Positions 35,874 through 38,582 of a stretch of 38,582 nt of DNA are shown one piece after another. How positions within the stretch are numbered: position 1 is the first letter of the stretch; each line of letters starts with the position of its first letter. A model generated the notes under the pieces. That model did not search any database. It was not told where the DNA came from and saw only the letters and a list, made by a program, of their open reading frames with translations. Source of the DNA: Chloroflexota bacterium. Lineage in GTDB: Bacteria > Chloroflexota > Anaerolineae > Anaerolineales > UBA4823. The DNA is taken from the NCBI GenBank assembly GCA_020346705.1, contig CP070785.1, positions 1,108,749 through 1,147,330 of the forward strand, read 5' to 3'. Both the position numbers and the translations under genes were made by a program.

Positions 35874-36225
35874 TTATTCACCTATTTTCGACTTAATCCC
35901 TCTGATTTCCATCTTACCAATAAAAACTTCAATATCTGGATGTAAAATTGTGCCACCCAAAATTGCAGTAAAAATGTTAATGCTGTATTCGGGAGATATT
36001 ACGCGTCCCAACCCTCCTTCCAGAAACTGGATATCCCTGCCGTTGATCACGATATGGACATGCTGGTACAAGTTCTTTTGTTCATCCAATAGTTCTCTTT
36101 CTAAATCTGGGTAGCCGCTAACAATCTCCTCTACAATTGGATCGCATTAGCGTACTCGGGGAGCTGGATGTCGACAGTCTTTTGACCGATTATCAGGCAC
36201 AAACTGGCAAAGAAGTGACTCTCAT
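35874..36225 (-). pseudogene. MoaD/ThiS-family ubiquitin-fold (sulfur-carrier-like) gene, disrupted by two frameshifts
   Basis: Three frame segments read MRVT (ATG 36225, overlapping the tilS stop), then HFFASLCLIIGQKTVDIQLPEYANAIQL (36217-36134, TAG at 36133-36131), then VEEIVSGYPDLERELLDEQKNLYQHVHIVINGRDIQFLEGGLGRVISPEYSINIFTAILGG plus 25 more codons (to 35874). Together they match the MoaD/ThiS beta-grasp pattern. Confidence 0.7.
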
Positions 36226-37667
36226 ATACTCATTTTACCTTGGTCTGGATGGTGCAATTCTAATCGCACTACATACTGAGAAAATTCGGTGATCCGGAAA
36301 GGATGTGCCAGGCGATAGCCCGGCACCCAGACGATTTGATCTCCGCTGCACACCAATGGCCACTTTTCACGCGCTCGTCTGGGCATTTTCTCATTAATCA
36401 TAAAATCCGATAGCTTCAACGAATGCCCATCGAGACCGAACGGCTGCAGCCGGTCGCCATCTCTCCTAGCTCGAACCAGCAGAGGTGACTGAATTTTATG
36501 CTGGTCAACCCATACCTGATCAGTCCCTGCACCCTCCCATGGATACGGTTCAATCAAACCACTGACCGACATTATTTCTGAAGATAATTGCCAGCCAGCA
36601 TTAAGCTCCAACTTACCCCCACTCTCTAAAAGACTCACTTCTTCAACGACTTGCGGCCATTCTATGATAGGAATCTCGGCTTTCCATTCGGCAAGCCAAA
36701 GCTTCCCGGGTTCGGCAATCAACCTTAAACCAGCGATCAGATCCACTTCCGCATAGGATTTGCCGGGTTGAAGGTATTCCAGAGCCAGATCAACAGCGTT
36801 GAAGTTGATATCCCGTAAACCAGATCTTAAAATGGCGATCGCCTTACGAAGAATGTGGCGCTGCACACTCAGGCTTTGCTGGCTGCATAGCTTTGAATCA
36901 ATCGCTAAATAATCCTCCTCCTGGATGATTAAACATCGCTCCCAAACCGAAGACACTATCTCGGCAATCAACTCGCTCTCCCCGCGCATAACTTCCGCCA
37001 TACGCCAGATAAGCCGGCGAACAGCCGGATTATAAGTTTCCAGGAAGGGGATAAGTTCATGTCGCAAGCGATTGCGGTATAGAGTCTGATCTTCATTGGA
37101 GGCATCGAAGATAGGATCAATCCCCCTTCTCTGGCAGTACTCAAGAATCTCACTCCGCCAGGTATTCAGCAAAGGTCGCAGCAGGGGGATTTCAGCACTC
37201 CATGCGTTGGGCAGCGTTCTGACCTGCATGCCGCTCAAGCCATCAACCCCTGCTCCTCTCAACAAGTGCATCAAAACTGTTTCCACCTGGTCATCTGCGG
37301 AGTGCCCGACAACAACGCCCTGAGCTCCCATGCTCGCGGCGCAGGAGAACAGGAACCGGTAGCGTTCATTCCGAGCTGCTTCCTCAACCGATTCGCTTTC
37401 CCGCACGACTCTCTCCTTAACCTCCCCTTCTCCAAGGAGGAATTGAAATCCATACGCTTCAGCGATCTGGCTAACAAATTGAGCCTCTTCCTCGGCTGAT
37501 GGGCGCAATTTGTGGTTGAAATGGGCAACCAGAACCTGATAACCACTGCGATAAAGCACATCCAAAAGGCACAAGCTATCAGGACCACCAGATACACCAA
37601 CCACTAACGGATGGTCAACTAGAATCTGGCATTCATCTTGCAGGATTCGGGATAAATTTTCCAACAT
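36222..37667 (-). CDS. tilS: tRNA(Ile)-lysidine synthetase
   Basis: PP-loop VGVSGGPDSLCL, HFNHKLR, and a TilS substrate-binding C-terminal domain (RRDGDR). ATG 37667 is preferred over TTG 37688. Confidence 0.9.
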   Translation of the reverse strand: MLENLSRILQDECQILVDHPLVVGVSGGPDSLCLLDVLYRSGYQVLVAHFNHKLRPSAEEEAQFVSQIAEAYGFQFLLGEGEVKERVVRESESVEEAARNERYRFLFSCAASMGAQGVVVGHSADDQVETVLMHLLRGAGVDGLSGMQVRTLPNAWSAEIPLLRPLLNTWRSEILEYCQRRGIDPIFDASNEDQTLYRNRLRHELIPFLETYNPAVRRLIWRMAEVMRGESELIAEIVSSVWERCLIIQEEDYLAIDSKLCSQQSLSVQRHILRKAIAILRSGLRDINFNAVDLALEYLQPGKSYAEVDLIAGLRLIAEPGKLWLAEWKAEIPIIEWPQVVEEVSLLESGGKLELNAGWQLSSEIMSVSGLIEPYPWEGAGTDQVWVDQHKIQSPLLVRARRDGDRLQPFGLDGHSLKLSDFMINEKMPRRAREKWPLVCSGDQIVWVPGYRLAHPFRITEFSQYVVRLELHHPDQGKMSI

Positions 37668-37745
37668 GGTGACTAAATTATAGCCCAAGCGTTTTGCTGT
37701 TTCATTTGCAAAACAATGTAGAGCTAAACCTTACGTAAATGCCAC

Positions 37746-37774
37746 TTGTATTGGATAATCGTTTATGCTAGACT
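37746..37774 (+). promoter_or_regulatory. candidate promoter TTGTAT - 17 nt - (TGc)TAGACT
   Basis: TTGTAT 37746-37751, a 17-nt spacer, TAGACT 37769-37774 preceded by TGc. GGAG at 37795-37798 lies 7 nt before ATG 37806. Confidence 0.4.
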
Positions 37775-37805
37775 GAAAACCAAGATCGATCTCTGGAGCG
37801 CACGT

Positions 37806-38582
37806 ATGACGGGAAAAATCTTAATTGTTGACGATGATATTGACACCCTGCGGCTGGTAGGAATGATGCTGGAGAGCGAGGGCTTTGATATCATCGCAGC
37901 TAAAAATGGGCAGCGGGCAATTTCATTAGCCCGCAGCGAAGATCCTGATCTGATCATCCTGGACATCATGATGCCCGATGTGGATGGTTATGCAGTCGCG
38001 GCACAAATACGCCGAGAAATCTCTACTCGCAGCATACCGATCCTGATTTTTACGGCAAAATCCGGCCTCGATGACAAGTCGCTGGGATTGGATCTGGGTG
38101 CAGATGGTTTCATCACCAAACCCATTTCTACTCGCGAGCTGCTGTCGCAGGTTGAGCGGATGCTTTCGCCAACCGGGGATAGCGAACGGGTTGCAGAATT
38201 CCAAGAAACAGGTGGGTTGCATGCCGTCTTGGCTACCAAGGGCGGTATGGGTGTATCCACGGTGGCGATCAATCTTGGGATCGCCCTTTATAAGCAAACG
38301 GATGATTCAGTTGTTGTGGCTGATTTCAGACCAGGCCAGGGAAGTATTGCCCTTGAGCTTGGTTACGACCACTCACAAATCTACAACCACTTGTTAGATC
38401 TCTTCCCAGAAGATCTCACACCTAGTTTGATTGAGGAAGCGCTGGTTGATCATTACTCTGGAATCCGCTTCTTGCTCAGTTCTCCGCAGTTAAAGGATGA
38501 GAAATACGCCTCGAAAGTGGACAATTTCGAGATCATTACCCGATTCCTCCCACAGCTGGCTGCTAACACAGTGGTTGACTTG
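37806..38582 (+). CDS. response-regulator receiver domain fused to a CpaE/TadZ-like (ParA/MinD-fold) domain; 3' end outside the window
   Basis: Not in the supplied ORF track because it has no stop in the window. ATG 37806 opens 259 uninterrupted codons: MTGKILIVDDDIDTLRL...DLIILDIMMPDVDG...ILIFTAK...GFITKP (canonical receiver), then HAVLATKGGMGVSTVAINLG (deviant Walker A). Confidence 0.8.
   Translation, partial: MTGKILIVDDDIDTLRLVGMMLESEGFDIIAAKNGQRAISLARSEDPDLIILDIMMPDVDGYAVAAQIRREISTRSIPILIFTAKSGLDDKSLGLDLGADGFITKPISTRELLSQVERMLSPTGDSERVAEFQETGGLHAVLATKGGMGVSTVAINLGIALYKQTDDSVVVADFRPGQGSIALELGYDHSQIYNHLLDLFPEDLTPSLIEEALVDHYSGIRFLLSSPQLKDEKYASKVDNFEIITRFLPQLAANTVVDL

Noticed and set aside
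37763-38397. Track ORFs 37763..37969(-), 37926..38297(-), 37988..38272(-) and 38071..38397(+)
   Set aside because: All overlap the 259-codon receiver-CpaE-like frame, which has clear domain motifs. They are alternative-frame or antisense shadows.
1-38582. Scan for tRNA/rRNA genes, CRISPR arrays, IS elements, inteins, retron/DGR-type reverse transcriptases and toxin-antitoxin pairs
   Set aside because: I found none of the following:
- T-loop or acceptor-stem patterns;
- regularly spaced repeats of 25 nt or longer;
- transposase or RT motifs;
- insertions that would indicate inteins (MutS, AlaS and Lon have normal lengths and contiguous motifs).

This was a visual scan only, so small or degenerate elements could have been missed.

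Overview
38.6-kb chromosomal segment, roughly 50% GC by eye, densely coding on both strands. I found no rRNA, tRNA, CRISPR array or transposase. The gene content (LLM-type oxidoreductase of the F420 class, archaeal-type ApgM, a lipoprotein-anchored ABC binding protein, many starts without a Shine-Dalgarno) suggests a Chloroflexota/Anaerolineae-like genome, but that is inference only.

Housekeeping genes:
- valS (5' end outside the window), mutS, and alaS-(517-aa membrane protein)-ruvX-mltG.
- folC-lon followed by a COG2865-type regulator, then tilS.
- apgM and an orphan MalK/MsmX-like ABC ATPase.
- A phnD-phnC-phnE transporter, then SanA-like and HD-hydrolase genes.

Six ATGA stop/start overlaps define tight operons.

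Most notable observations:
1. A translationally coupled four-gene membrane operon (GT2, flippase-like protein, membrane-anchored spermidine-synthase fold, TIGR01906/DUF1461). It has no assigned pathway and is the best candidate here for an undescribed envelope-modification system.
2. A Xer-like tyrosine-recombinase fold in which four of six catalytic residues, including the Tyr nucleophile, appear replaced.
3. A 714-aa PhnE carrying an N-terminal multi-TM extension, an inserted beta-rich domain and an inserted TM block.
4. A decayed MoaD/ThiS-like ubiquitin-fold gene whose ATG overlaps the tilS stop.
5. A PQQ-type sugar dehydrogenase split by a 1-nt indel.
6. A receiver-CpaE/TadZ-like ORF that runs off the 3' end and is missing from the ORF track.
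7. Recurrent promoter-like boxes placed so that mutS, folC, tilS and the sanA-like gene would be leaderless or nearly so.

All calls rest on reading the sequence and recognising motifs by eye. No searches were run.
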